From Paraspadella gotoi (Eukaryota; Animalia; Chaetognatha), in contig CM119270.1 of the NCBI GenBank assembly GCA_051294375.1, positions 4,022,301 through 4,086,300 on the forward strand: a DNA stretch of 64,000 nt, given 5' to 3'. Under the pieces are notes generated by a model. That model saw nothing but the letters and a program-made list of their open reading frames with translations, was not told where the DNA came from and did not search any database. Shown piece by piece: positions 12,470 through 26,577 of the stretch. Made by a program: the position numbers and the translations under genes. How positions within the stretch are numbered: the first letter of the stretch is position 1; each line of letters starts with the position of its first letter.

Positions 12470-14250
12470 GATGATGATGACGGATCAAGACGACGAAGGA
12501 TAACGATATGATGACGATCGACGGACTAAGATGACGAGTGATGACGACGACGAAGATGGGACGATGATGACGACGACGAGTACGACGCCGAAGATGACGA
12601 TGATGACGACGATAACGACGACGAAGATGACCGATGATGACGACGATAACGACGCTGAGATGACGATGATGATGACGATAACGACGACGAGATGACGATG
12701 ATGACGACGGACGAACTACGCCGAATTATGACGATGACGACGGCACGAAGATGACAATGAGACGACGATAACGACGACGAAGATGACGATGATGACGACG
12801 ACGAAGATGACGATGATGACAGACGACGAAACGACGCCGAGATGACGATGATGACGACGATAACGACGACGAAGATGACGATGATGACGACGATAACGAC
12901 GCCGAAGATGACGATGATGACCGACGATAACGACGACGACTGATGACGACGACGAAGATGACGATGATGACGACGACGAAACGACGGCGAAGATGACGAT
13001 GATCGACGACGATAACGACGACGAAGATGACGATGATGCGACGATAACGACGCCGAAGATGACCGGATGATGACGACGATAACGACGAGAAGATGACATG
13101 ATGACGACGACGAAACGACGCCAAAGATGACGATGACGACGACGAAAGACGCCGAAAGATGACGATGATGACGACGATAACGACGACGAAGATGACAATG
13201 ATGACGACGACGAAACGACGCCAAAGATGACGATGACGACGACGAAACGACGACGAAGATGACGATGATGACGACGATAACGACGACTGAAGATGACGAA
13301 TAGATGACGAATAACGACGCACGAAGATGACGACGATAACGACGGGACGAAGATGACGATGATGACGACGACGAAACGACGCCGAATATGAGATGACGAC
13401 GACGAAGATTGACAATGATGACGACGAATAAGACGACGAGAACTGATGATTTGACGATAAGACGAAGATGACGACGACGGAGAAGATCGACGATGATGAC
13501 AGACGACAGAAAGACGCCGAAGATGGATCGATGATGAGACGATAATGACGACGAGGATGAACGATGATGACGACGATTAACGACAAACCGAAGATTGACG
13601 ATGATGATCGACCGATAACGACGACGAAGAATGACGATGTGACGACGACGAAACGACGCCAAATGATGACGATGACGCGAAACGAAACGACGCCGAAGAT
13701 GACGATGATGGCGACGTTTGGCGTCGTTATCATCATCATCAATCATCAAGTCGTCGTCGTCGTCGTCGTCGTCTCGTCTCTCTCTCTCATCATCATCGTC
13801 GTCGTCGTCGTCGTGTAATCGTTGTTATCATCATCGTCGTCGTCGTCATCATTATCATCATATATCATCGTCGTCGTCCGTCCGTCGTCGTCATCTCCGT
13901 CATTTGTTGTCATCGCCTTCGTTGTCGTCATCGTCGTCATAATCGTAGTCTAATTCATGAATTTGGTTCCTTCTAGATCTGACGAAAGAATAATTAACTT
14001 TAATTTCTATCATCTTTAATTAATTATTAATAAACACCTTCTTCACTATCTTTTTCAATTATTGTCAGCGTCATCGTCATCGAACTTTTTGGTCGTCGTC
14101 GTCGTCGTTAGTCGTCGTGTCGTCGTCGTCGTCGTCAATCTTTTATCGTCGTCATCGTCATTTATCTTCTTGTCTCCATCGTCGTCATCGTCGCGTCGTT
14201 GTCGTCTCCGTCGTCGTGATCGTCGTCTCCATCGCGTCGTCGTCGTGCTT
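12470..14250. repeat. (GAC/GAT)-rich low-complexity array with an orientation switch near 13715
   Basis: Units like GACGATGATGACGACGATAACGACGACGAAGAT (about 33 bp) up to about 13710, then the complementary GTC/ATC repeats. Confidence 0.85.
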
Positions 14251-15389
14251 CCTTCGCGTTTTGACCATAAAAACTCTCATGATTTCCATTCGCCGTCCGA
14301 CGATGAACACAACGACAACAACAACAACAGACTCCCGGACGCGAGGCAATTTTCCAGCAGGCGCCTTCCGACGTTACCCGCCTGACGTTTCCCGACTTTA
14401 TGGATGTTATCTCGTCGCCATACGAATGACGTCATGAATGCCTGATAACGTCATGGACGGCATAACGCCGTCGGTCAGCGGCCTTCCGCCGGAAATGGCG
14501 TCGTGAGCGGGGGGGAGGTAGGGGAGAGAGAGAGAGAGACGGGGAAGACGATGGAGACGTGTATGACAATAGGAGAGAAAGGGAACAGACGGAGAAAGAT
14601 GAGAGAGAGAGGAGAGAGAAGAGAGAGAGAGGTTGAAGACAGGGGGAATAGGGCAGAGAAGTGAGAGGAAAGGAGAGAAGGGGGAGAGAAGAGTGAGAGT
14701 TGAAGAGAGGGGAATAGGGAGGGAGAGGAAGAGGAGGAAAGAAGGGAGGGAGAGGGGAGAGGGGAGAGGGAAAGTAAGTACAGGAGGAAGGAAAAGAAGA
14801 AAAGAGCGGAAGAGAAACGAAGGGAGAGGGAGAAGAGGGAGGAAGAGATAGAGAAGAGATGAAAAAGAGAAGAAACTAAATAGAGAAGAGAGGGAGAGAG
14901 AGAAGAGAGAGGTTAAGGGGAAAGCGGAATCGGGGAAAATTTGATGAAGATGTCTGGTTCCCACTGAAAAAAAAAAGAAAAAAAAGGGGGAAAAAAGAAA
15001 GAAAAAAAAAAGAGAAAGTTTTACGACTGATTTTTGGATAGAATTTCCTCGAATTAATTTCGTTCATCCGTCGTGGTTTTGATCGTCGTCATCTCTATCG
15101 TCGTCGCCGTTGTTGTCGTCGTCGTTATCGTCGTCATCTTCGTCGCTCCGCCTAACGAGAAATCGTTATGAACGACGACGACGGTAACAACGACGAAATC
15201 CAGCGCCTCTGCCGGAATTGGGGAAGTAGGACTGACATGAATCGTGGACGAATTGGTGAGTAGGACTGACATTAATCTGGGACGAATTGTGCAGTAGTAG
15301 AGCAAACTTTAATCTCTGATAAAAATGTCAAATATATATATATATATATATATAAAGTATCTGAGAAGAAAATATAAGGATAGCGGGGG

Positions 15390-16753
15390 AGATTAGACCT
15401 GGCATCGAAAGATTAGAAGGCTTGCGAAATTAGAGGCCCGATGCTAAAAGATAGATTATGCCAGTTGAATGAAAGAGGTTGCATAGATCTGATATCAACG
15501 GACAGATTAAGGCTTGGCAAAAGAAAGAAGTGAATTAAAGCTGGTATTGAAGGAAAGATGAGGCCCATCGAAAGAGCGAGATGGATTAGGTCTAATGTCG
15601 AAGGATAGATGAGGCCCACCAATAAAGAGAGGTTGATTAGACCTGATATCGAAAGAAAGATGAGGCCCACTGCAAACAGCAAGGTCGATTAGCCCTGATA
15701 TCGAAGGATAGATGAGACTTTTTGAAAGAGCAAGGGGGATTAGGCCTGATATCGATGGATAGATGATGCCCATCAGAGGAGTGAGGTAGATTAGGCCCAA
15801 TATTGAAAGAAAGATTACGTTTCTCGCTCTTCTGATGGGCGTCATCTATCCTTCGATATCAGGCCTATCTACCTTACTCTTTTGATTGGCCTCATCTTTC
15901 CTTTGATATTAGGCCGTAATCTACCTCGCTCACTGGGTGTCATCTATCCTTCGATATCAGGCCTAATCTTCCTCGCTCTGATGGGCGTCATCTATCCTTC
16001 GATATTCAGGCCTAATCTTCCTCACTCTTCTGATGGGCGCGTCATCTATCCTTCGATAACAGGGGCCTAATCTTCCTCGCTCTTCTGATGGGCGTCATCT
16101 ATCCTTCGATATCAGGCCTAATCTTCCTCGCTCTTCTGATGGGCGTCATCTATCCTTCGATATCAGGCCTAATCTTCCTCACTCTTCTGATGGGCGTCAT
16201 CTATCCTTGATCATCAGGCCTAATCTTCCTCGCTTCTTCTGATGGGCCTCAATCTTTCCTTCGATATCAGGCCCTAATCTTCCTCGCTCTTCTGATCGGG
16301 CGTTCATCTCATCTTTCGATATCAGGCTAATTCTCCTCGACCTCTGATGTGCATATCTACTCTTCCGATATCAGGCTCAATCTTCCTCGGCCTTCTGATG
16401 TGGGTCATTTATCTCTTCGATATCGGCACTAATCGTTCTCGCTCTATCTGAATGCGGAGTCATCTATCCTTCGAGTATCAGCCATCTAGCTCGCTCTTCT
16501 GATGGGACGTCATCTATCTCAATATCAGCCCTAATCACTCGTCTTCTGCATGGGTCTCATCTATCTTTCGATATAGGTCATAGATCTACCCCCTGTCTTC
16601 TGATGAGCATCATCTTTCCTTGATTTCAGGCCTAATCACTGTGCTCTTTCGATTGGCTTCTCATCTATCTTGGTATCAGAACCTAATCTACCTTACTCTT
16701 TGATTGGCCTCATCTCCTTTGATATACCCTAATCTACCTCACTCACTGGTGTC
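15390..16753. repeat. 51-bp minisatellite arranged as two inverted arms (junction about 15815-15820)
   Basis: Right arm unit CCTCGCTCTTCTGATGGGCGTCATCTATCCTTCGATATCAGGCCTAATCTT (period 51, e.g. 16081 and 16132). Left arm carries the reverse complement (GATTAGGCCTGATATCGA.GGATAGATGA.GCCCATC). The right arm runs into a gap. Confidence 0.9.
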
Positions 16754-17444
16754 NNNNNNNNNNNNNNNNNNNNNNNNNNNNNNNNNNNNNNNNNNNNNNN
16801 NNNNNNNNNNNNNNNNNNNNNNNNNNNNNNNNNNNNNNNNNNNNNNNNNNNNNNNNNNNNNNNNNNNNNNNNNNNNNNNNNNNNNNNNNNNNNNNNNNNN
16901 NNNNNNNNNNNNNNNNNNNNNNNNNNNNNNNNNNNNNNNNNNNNNNNNNNNNNNNNNNNNNNNNNNNNNNNNNNNNNNNNNNNNNNNNNNNNNNNNNNNN
17001 NNNNNNNNNNNNNNNNNNNNNNNNNNNNNNNNNNNNNNNNNNNNNTCATCGCCATCATGGGCAAGATAGCTTAATTATAATTCTAATTTATGAATTAGTT
17101 ATTTTTATACATTCACTTTTATCACAAACATGTTAGTGAATCAACATTGAACTATGAACGATCAACAGTGCATCCTGAATGTTGATAAGATGATCTCATT
17201 GCGTCGATTGCTAGTTTTTGCTGCACGTGATCCGCAGGCGAAATTGTGATTGCCGTCCGTGATTATTGTGAGACGCGATAACGCTTTGGTGAACGGGAGG
17301 CGATTCGAGGAAGCTTCATCAGTGTAAGTGAAAATTAAGGCGCAAAGAAGGATATTTAGAGAAGGGGGAAAAGGTCGTCATTGAAATTATTTTGTGAGCA
17401 AAATTGGGTTAAAAAGATTATATGTCGTTATTTAATTTGTAGTA

Positions 17445-17642
17445 TATGAAATTGGTACAATCAATATAAAAATTATCCATTCATTTAATAAATAAGCTAT
17501 CTTGCCCCTAACTTTGGAAAGGCTTTGGTGGTTTAAGGCATTTTATGACATAGCAGGTCCCTGCAAGCTTTCAATCAAGACTCTCTCTCAGTCTCGTTTA
17601 TTGACTCCCGGAGTACCTGTATAATGCTTCAAAGAATGTTCA
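17445..17642 (-). repeat. Dispersed repeat family A, reverse-orientation copy
   Basis: CATTCATTTAATAAATAAGCTATCTTGCCCCT..CTTTGG...ATGACATAGCAGGTCCCTGCAAGCTTTCAATCAAGACTCTCTC is the reverse complement of the 4050 and 19757 copies. Confidence 0.8.
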
Positions 17643-19756
17643 TATATATTTATTTTTATATAAATACCCAAGTATTTCGTGATACATGAATTTTCATATG
17701 AAATATCGTTGAGAAAATAATTTTCTCAACAAAACCGAATGAAACGAAAAAAAGAAAAAAAAAAACGATTTAGAAGAAAAAGAAAACTCAGTCGAAACAA
17801 AAGATGAAAGATGAAAACAAAAGGGAAAAAAAACCAATGACCAAGAAAACAAGGAAGAAGGAAACGACGTCGACGACGACGACGACGACGACGTCGCCCA
17901 AAGAATAGCTATCATAAAAACAGGAACTAGAAAATATGGAGAAAGAAAGAAAACATGATTTCTGGTGCAGCGAACCTGGCNNNNNNNNNNNNNNNNNNNN
18001 NNNNNNNNNNNNNNNNNNNNNNNNNNNNNNNNNNNNNNNNNNNNNNNNNNNNNNNNNNNNNNNNNNNNNNNNNNNNNNNNNNNNNNNNNNNNNNNNNNNN
18101 NNNNNNNNNNNNNNNNNNNNNNNNNNNNNNNNNNNNNNNNNNNNNNNNNNNNNNNNNNNNNNNNNNNNNNNNNNNNNNNNNNNNNNNNNNNNNNNNNNNN
18201 NNNNNNNNNNNNNNNNNNNNNNNNNNNNNNNNNNNNNNNNGGTCGGAAACTCGGTAGACCCGAGAAAAAAAGATGACGAGCGACGAAATGACTTAAACCC
18301 GATTTTTCGGTGAAATCGACTGATTTCTCAGAAATTGATCCACGTGAAACTAACAGTCGGAGCGACAGAAGAGAAAAGGGACGGACTGATGAACGGATAG
18401 AGGGACGGACTGATACGCGGATCCACAGATGGAACTAACGACCGATCGCCCGACGGAACCGACAGACCGACCGACGGACCGACCGACGGAACCGACAGAC
18501 CGACCGACGGAACCGACAGACCGATCCCTGGGCGACGTCGACGAATAAGCCAGACGAAACTCGTTGCCAAGGGAAACCATTTCGAGTTTGGTTTATTTGA
18601 ATTTGAGAAGAAAAAAAAGAGAGAAAAAAAAAGAAGCGGGAATTTCGAGGTGTTGCGCGGCTGTAACTTTCTTTCGTGGACGAATTTTACGTTGATCACG
18701 TAACGACACAAGTATGAAACAAATGCGCAACAAGTATTAACTGACGACTTGATTGTCTGTTAAGTATTAACAAAAATTACTCAGTATTGCATGAATAATG
18801 CCGNNNNNNNNNNNNNNNNNNNNNNNNNNNNNNNNNNNNNNNNNNNNNNNNNNNNNNNNNNNNNNNNNNNNNNNNNNNNNNNNNNNNNNNNNNNNNNNNN
18901 NNNNNNNNNNNNNNNNNNNNNNNNNNNNNNNNNNNNNNNNNNNNNNNNNNNNNNNNNNNNNNNNNNNNNNNNNNNNNNNNNNNNNNNNNNNNNNNNNNNN
19001 NNNNNNNNNNNNNNNNNNNNNNNNNNNNNNNNNNNNNNNNNNNNNNNNNNNNNNNNNNNNNNNNNNNNNNNNNNNNNNNNNNNNNNNNNNNNNNNNNNNN
19101 NNNNNNNNNNNNNNNNNNNNNNNNNNNNNNNNNNNNNNNNNNNNNNNNNNNNNNNNNNNNNNNNNNNNNNNNNNNNNNNNNNNNNNNNNNNNNNNNNNNN
19201 NNNNNNNNNNNNNNNNNNNNNNNNNNNNNNNNNNNNNNNNNNNNNNNNNNNNNNNNNNNNNNNNNNNNNNNNNNNNNNNNNNNNNNNNNNNNNNNNNNNN
19301 NNNNNNNNNNNNNNNNNNNNNNNNNNNNNNNNNNNNNNNNNNNNNNNNNNNNNNNNNNNNNNNNNNNNNNNNNNNNNNNNNNNNNNNNNNNNNNNNNNNN
19401 NNNNNNNNNNNNNNNNNNNNNNNNNNNNNNNNNNNNNNNNNNNNNNNNNNNNNNNNNNNNNNNNNNNNNNNNNNNNNNNNNNNNNNNNNNNNNNNNNNNN
19501 NNNNNNNNNNNNNNNNNNNNNNNNNNNNNNNNNNNNNNNNNTTAGTGATGGAGTAATAGAGTTATGGAGTGATAGAGTTATGGGGTGATTGAACTGTTGG
19601 AGGTTGATGGAGTGATTTAGTGATGGAGTGATAGAGTTATGGAGTGATAAGAAAATGAGCGGGTACTCAAGCATTAGCTAAAAGAAGAAAAGTAAAATAT
19701 AGATGAAACAAATATAGTATTCCCCCGATCTAATATTTAAGGGAGTAGTCTTTTTA

Positions 19757-20000
19757 TACAATTGAAACATTCTTTGAAATATTATACCACTTAATTGATA
19801 AGGAAGCCAGGTACTCTGGGAGTGAATAAACGAGACTGTGAGAGAGTCTTGATTGAAAGGGTGCAGGGACCTGCTATGTCATTATCTTGTAAGAGCGATG
19901 AAGGCCTGTCCAAGCCTGTCAAAGCCTGTCCAAAGTCAGGGGCAAGATAACTTATTTATTAAATGAATGGATAATTTTTATACTGGTAGTACCAATTTCA
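19757..20000 (+). repeat. Dispersed repeat family A (longest copy; noisy duplicate at about 24676-24915)
   Basis: Direct similarity to 4050-4241, 52116-52212 and the reverse of 17445-17642. Confidence 0.8.
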
Positions 20001-20317
20001 TCTAAGAACCTTCGGCAATGCCATCCAATTTTAAAAAAATTCTGTCCAGAAGAGACAGTGAGAATCAGGCCTTTGCTTGAAAGATAATTCACGAAAGGGG
20101 AAAGATTAAAAAAAATCGACTGTCATAGGAAGTGGACAAAATAATTGACAGTCCATGTGACAGAAAAGGACATAGAAGGTGATGGAAGGGAAAAAAAATA
20201 TTAGTCACGTTACGTGATGGAGTGATGGAGTAAGCTGAAAATAACTATCCGCAACTTTTTTAATCCCTCTCGCAGCCATGGAACAGGTCCTTGGCTTAAA
20301 ACAAGGCTTGGGGGGTT

Positions 20318-20420
<103 letters not shown>

Positions 20421-21070
20421 TTCAAACTTCTCCTATACTTTTCTCTCCTTCTTTCATTACTTTTCCTCACCTTTGAAATTCTCATTTTCTCCTTTCAAAA
20501 CAGCTGACTTCATTGTCCCAATCTCAATAAATCCAAACTTAACTTTAAATTTTTTTTTTCAATTTCCTAGAAAAGTCGTTCGACCTTCCAAGGAAAAAAA
20601 AAATTCCTTTTTTTCCCTTTCTCCCTCTCTATCCTTACCTTCCTTTTTTCTCTTCTCTCTTTTAATTTTTTCTTTTCTTTTCTTTTCTTTTCTTTTCCCT
20701 TTATCTCCCTTTCATCTTTTCTCTCTCTCCGTTAACTCTCTCTTTCAATTTTATCTTCNNNNNNNNNNNNNNNNNNNNNNNNNNNNNNNNNNNNNNNNNN
20801 NNNNNNNNNNNNNNNNNNNNNNNNNNNNNNNNNNNNNNNNNNNNNNNNNNNNNNNNNNNNNNNNNNNNNTTCTCACCTCTCTCTCTCCTCTCTACTCTCT
20901 CTCTCTCATTCTCTTCCCTCTCCTAATCCACTTCAAACTTCTTCAAGTCAGAAAAAAAATTAGCCGTAGAAAAAAAAAAAGCAGAATTCACTTTGCGTAA
21001 ACGTAACGAGGTGAGATAAAAAAGAGAGAGAGAGAGATGAGCGAGAGAGGAGAGGAGAGGCGAGAGAGAT

Positions 21071-21101
<31 letters not shown>

Positions 21102-24100
21102 AGAGAGAGAGAGAGGAGAGAGAGAAATCGGTTTCTTCTTTAATGTTGTAAAGAGAGTGGTTTGTAAGTGCGTACTGCTTAGACGCCTTGGAACAACGTT
21201 AGAACGATGGGCCAAACGGTATAATCGTTTTCTTTTCGCTCCCAAGGACCGTGGATCGAGTCTACGTTTCTCACTGATTTACTGATCTGCCTTTTTACGT
21301 CAATTATGGAGCGAAAAATATGTCAGTATATGTTAAACCTAAATAATTATAGAAAACTAATGAATGATAGGTTTCATAAACGTACTATGTCCACTTTGGT
21401 CAACAAGAACAACAAAGACGACAACAACAACAACAAAGACAACCACAACCACAATGAAAACAACAAAGACAACAACACCGCAAAGACGACAACAACGACA
21501 ACAACAACGACAAAGACAACCACAACCACAAAGACAACAACAACGTCAAAGTCAACAACAACAACAAAGACGACAACAACGACAAAGACGACAACAACAA
21601 TAACAACAACAACGACAATTACACCAACAACGACAACGCGAGAGAGAGACGTCATTTCCAGCGGTGACCGCATAAAAAAGAAGGCCTTGCCATGTTTTGC
21701 CTTGTCGCCGTTTATACAATATACATAGCTTAGCTTGGCCTTGTTTCATAGAATAAATGTTTTCATGAAGAAATATATAATAAAAAAAAGGAAAAAAAAT
21801 ATTTAGTTCTAGTATGTTGTTTATTTTTTGTCAGCATTTTTAGATCAATTTTTCTCTCTCTCTCTTTTATTAAAAATGTTTTGACGGATACTATTCACCG
21901 TATTTCTGTTTACAAAAAGAAAAATATCTTTAACCTTGTAAACATTTTTTTCATAAACCGTCATTCGCCACTGTCGTCGTGGTCATCGTCTTCGTCGTCG
22001 TCATTATCGTCATCATCGTTGTCGTCGTTATCATAATCATCATTATTATCATCATCATCATTATCGTCGTCGTTATCGTTGTCATGGTAATCATCATCAT
22101 CAACAGAGAGAGCAACTACGAGAGTTATGCACAAGCTTACAGGGTCCTTGCTATGTTATTCTCATACACGCAGACGGAGGCAACTCATCATCGCATCATT
22201 GGCAAGATGGTTAATTATAATATCTATTTATGAATTAGTATTTTTTATACCACATCCTTTATATTCATAAAAGACAACATCGGTTAGTGAATCAAATTGA
22301 ACTATGAAGATCAACAGTCATCCTGAATGTTGATACGAAATGACATCTCATTGCGTCGATTGCCTAGTTTTGCTGCAGTGCACGCAGATGCGTAATTGTG
22401 ATTGCCTCCGTGATTATTGTGAGACGCGACTTAACGGCTGGTGAACCGGGAGCGATAGTCCGCTACGGAAGCTTCACAGTGACCAGTGAACCATGAAGGC
22501 GCAAAGAAGTGATAATATACATACAGATGGTAGAGGAAGGAAGGTCATCATTGCAAATTATTTCTGTCAGCAAAATTGGATGTAAAACGATTATATTTCG
22601 TTATTTAACTTTGTAGTATATGAAATATTGGTACATCAATGATAAAATTATCCATTCATCTTAATATATATTATTGATATTTGGATGCTTATGGTGAGTA
22701 TTAAGGCATCTGGTGCAGAGTATCCATGTCTGATCAACGAACTGGTTAATGTCAGATGTTTTTTTGTTTTTTCTTATGTTTATATAAACACCAAGTTTTC
22801 GTGGATACCATGAATTTTCTATGAATATAGAGATATGTTTTTACGATGAGGTATATGCGATATTTTTTTCATCTGTGACAACTCATTTGCCTAACATACA
22901 TATACCAACGAAAGAAAAGGTTATTGAACCAGAAGAAAACGAACTCAGGCTACGGAACAAAGATGAAGAATGACAAGGGAAAAAAAACCATCGACCCGAA
23001 CCCACAGGAGAGGCAAGACAGTCGACAGACGCGACGCGACGACGACGACGGACCGACGCGCGACGGCACGTCGCCCAAAGAATGCTATCAATAAACAGGA
23101 ACTAGAAATATCGAAAGAGAAAACATGATTTCTGTGCAAAGTGGAGGGAGGGAGGGGCGCGCGCCGACATCGGCGTCGGAGACGAAGAGAGAGAGAGAGA
23201 GAGAAGAGAGGAGAAACGTAGGGGAGAGAGCGACGAAGAGCGACGAGAGAGAGAGACGAGAAACGCAGAGAGAGAGAGAGACTGAGGGAAATATGCGTAC
23301 CTCCGCTGTCGAACAGAGAACGTACGACAGAAACGACATACACAGAGTTTGAAAAAAGAGGGGCGGAAGAGAGGGGGAGGGGAGAGAGGGAGGGAGAGGG
23401 AGAGGGAGGGAGGAGCGGGGCGAGACCGAACTGGGAACCCATTTTAATTCAAATGCTCTGAGAGATTTTGGGTTGCCGGTGGAAACCTCTGTAGAGCCCG
23501 AGAAAAAAAAGATGAACAGACGCACGAAATGACTTAAAACCCGATTTTCGGTGAAACGACTGATTTCTTCAGAAATAATCCACGTGAAACTAACAGTCGG
23601 AGCGACAGAAGAGAGTAGGAAAAGGGACGTTACTGAATGAACGGATAGATGGACGGACTGATACGCGGATCCACAGATGGAACTTAACGACCGAATCGCC
23701 ACGACGGAACCGATAGACCGATCCTGGCGACGTCGAACGAATAAGCCAGACGAAACTCGTTGCCAAAAAGGAACCATTTCGAGTTTGGTTATTTTTTTTT
23801 TTTTGAATTTGAAGGGAAAAAAAGAGAGAAAAAAAAAAGAAGCGGGATTTCGAGGTGTTGCGCCGCTGTGACTTTCTTCGTGGACGAATTTTACGTTGTC
23901 ACGTAAACGACACCAAGTATGAAAACAAATGCGGCACAAGTATTAACTGATGACTTGATTGTCTAGTTAAGTATATAACAAAAATTACTCAAGTATTGCA
24001 TCGAATAATGCCGCGTTGAATTTCTGCTTTTATTAAGGTCTCATTTTATACAGTAATAATCCGAGTTATAAGATTTCAAAATGTAAGACCGACCGACCGA

Positions 24101-24341
24101 CTGACCGAACCGACGCGACCGACCGACCGACCCGACCGACCGACCGAAGCCGACCCCCCCCCCCAGTGTCTCATAGAGTTTGCTTACGGCGAGTATCGCC
24201 GGTGTAACTAAAATTGGAAAAAAGCACAAAAAAAAAAAAATCAAAAAACGAAAAGGGAAGGTGAAATTTGAAATTGGATTTCTTTTTCGGTCGAGTTCGA
24301 CTCGAGAGCGATCGAATTTCGGGAACGAACTCGTTTAGATA

Positions 24342-24570
24342 TGGGGTGATTGAACTATAGGAGGTTTGCTGGAGTGATTTTAGTGATGGAGTAATAGAGT
24401 TATGGAGTGATAGAGTTATGGGGTGATTGAACTATATGGAGGTTGCTGAGTGATTTAGTGATAGGAGTAATAGAGTTATGGAGTGATTAGAGTTAATTGG
24501 GGTGATTTGACTGTTGGAGTTGATGGAGTGATTTAGTGATGGGAGATGATAGAGTTATGGAGTGATAAGA
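24342..24570. repeat. About 75-bp tandem repeat (TGGGGTGATTGAACT..GGAGGTTG.TGGAGTGATTTAGTGATGGAGTAATAGAGTTATGGAGTGATAGAGTTA), also at 19541-19650
   Basis: About three units visible, with internal TGGAGTGATAGAGTTA subrepeats. Confidence 0.8.
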
Positions 24571-25243
24571 AAATGATCGAGGCGTACTCAAGCATATAGC
24601 TAAAAGAAGAAAAGTAAAACATATAGTGAAAACATATAGTATTCCCCGAACTAATATTAAGGGAGTAGTCCTTTTTACAATTGAAAACATTCTTATGATA
24701 TATACGCACTTAATTGATAAGGAAGCCGGTACTCTGGGAGTGAATAAACGAGACTGGTGGAGAGAGTCTTGATTGAAAGGGTGCAAGGGACCTGCTATGT
24801 CATTATCTTGTAAGAGCGATGGAGCCTGTCAAGCATGATCAAAAGCAGTCCAAAGTCAGGGAGCAAGATATTATATTACATGATGGATATTTCTTATATG
24901 GTAGTACCAATTTCATCTAAGATACCCTTTCGGCAATGCATCCAATTTAAAAAATACTGATCCGAAGAGACGATGAGAAATACAGGCTATATGCTTGAGT
25001 ATTCACAGAGGGAAATTAAAATCAGAGAACATTGGAGCATCACTAGTGGCCAAATAAATTGCAGTCCATGTGACAGAGGACATCAGACGTGTGGAAAAGG
25101 GAAACAAATATTAGTCCGTTACGATGATGGCAGTGATGGAGTGACTAATAACTTCCGCACTTTTATTAATCCCTCTCGCAGCCATGGAACAGGTCTTGGC
25201 TAAAAGCACTGAGGGGATATTTTGTAAGAGGAAGAGAGAGAGC

Positions 25244-25277
<34 letters not shown>

Positions 25278-26221
25278 AGGGAAGAGAGAGAGAGGAGGAA
25301 GAAGAAAGAAAACTTAACTTGCTCCTATACTTTTTCTCTCCTTCTTATCATTAAATTTTTCCTACACCTTTGAAATTCTCATCATTTCTCTTTCACAGCT
25401 TGACTTCTTGTCCCAATCTCAAAAAACCAAACTTAACTTAATATATATTCTTTATCATAAATCATTCCAGAAAAGTGCTTCGCTTCAGGAAAAAAAAAAT
25501 TATCTTTATTGTCCCTTATTCTCCTCTCTCTTACCTTCTTTTTCTCTCTCTCTTTCATTTAATATTACATTTTCTTTTTTCTTACGCTATCTATATTATT
25601 AATATATATCTCCCTTTCATCTTTCTCTTCTCCGTTAACTCTCTCTTTACATCTTATCTTCCAACCATCTTTACTTTTCTTATAACTCCTTCTTTCTTCC
25701 TTTCTCCTTCTTCTTTTCTCTCTCTCATACTTCCTCCTCTCCGTACTCTACAATCATCTCTCATCTCTCCCAATACTCTCACACTCATTCTCTCTCTGCT
25801 CTCATCTCTAATCTCTCTGTCTCTCTCTTCTCTCTCTCTCATCATTCATCTCTCTCTCTCTCACCCCATCCTCCTCCCCACCTCTCTCCATCTCTAACTA
25901 TCTCCTATCTCTTCAAAGCCGTCCTCTCCTCTCCCCCCGTCCCTCCATCTCATCCCTCCTCCTCCCTTTCTCTCTCTCTCTCTCTCTCTCTCTCGATCTC
26001 TCTCATCTTTCTCTTTCTTCTCGTCTGCCTTCCACATCTTCACATCATCTCCTCCTCTCCCCTCACTCTCTCTCGTCGTTCCACGGCGTCGTCCAACCAG
26101 CTCCTCTGATCTCTCTGCTCTCCTAAATCCACTCAAACTTCTCAAGTCAGAAAAAAAAATCGGCGTAGAAAAAAAAAGGAGGAATTCACTTTGGCGTAAA
26201 CGTAAGAGGTGAGATAAAAAG

Positions 26222-26282
<61 letters not shown>

Positions 26283-26577
26283 AGAAGAGAGAGAGAAGAG
26301 AGAGAGAAATCGGTTTCTCTTTATGTCGTTAAAGAGAGTGGTTGTAAGTGCGTACTACTTAGACGCCTTGAACAACGTTAGAACGATGGGCCAAAACGTA
26401 TAATCGTTTTCTTTTGCGCGCCAAGGTCCGTGGATCGAGTCTTCGTATTCCTCACTGATTTACTGATCCGCTTTTTTTTACGTCATATGGAGGCGAAAAA
26501 ATAATGTCAGTTCCTGTTAAACCCTAATAATTATAGAAAAACTACTGATGATAGGTTTCATAAACGTACTATGTCAC

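Noticed and set aside
12526-13942. Long Ser/Arg/His/Val-rich ORFs
   Set aside because: Translations of GAC/GAT repeats, open in several frames, with no domain signal.
15413-16070. Hydrophobic repeat-protein ORFs from the 51-bp minisatellite
   Set aside because: Frames are broken by stops and indels and occur on opposite strands in the two arms; no evidence of a gene.
16704-19674. ORFs composed mostly of X
   Set aside because: They simply span assembly gaps.
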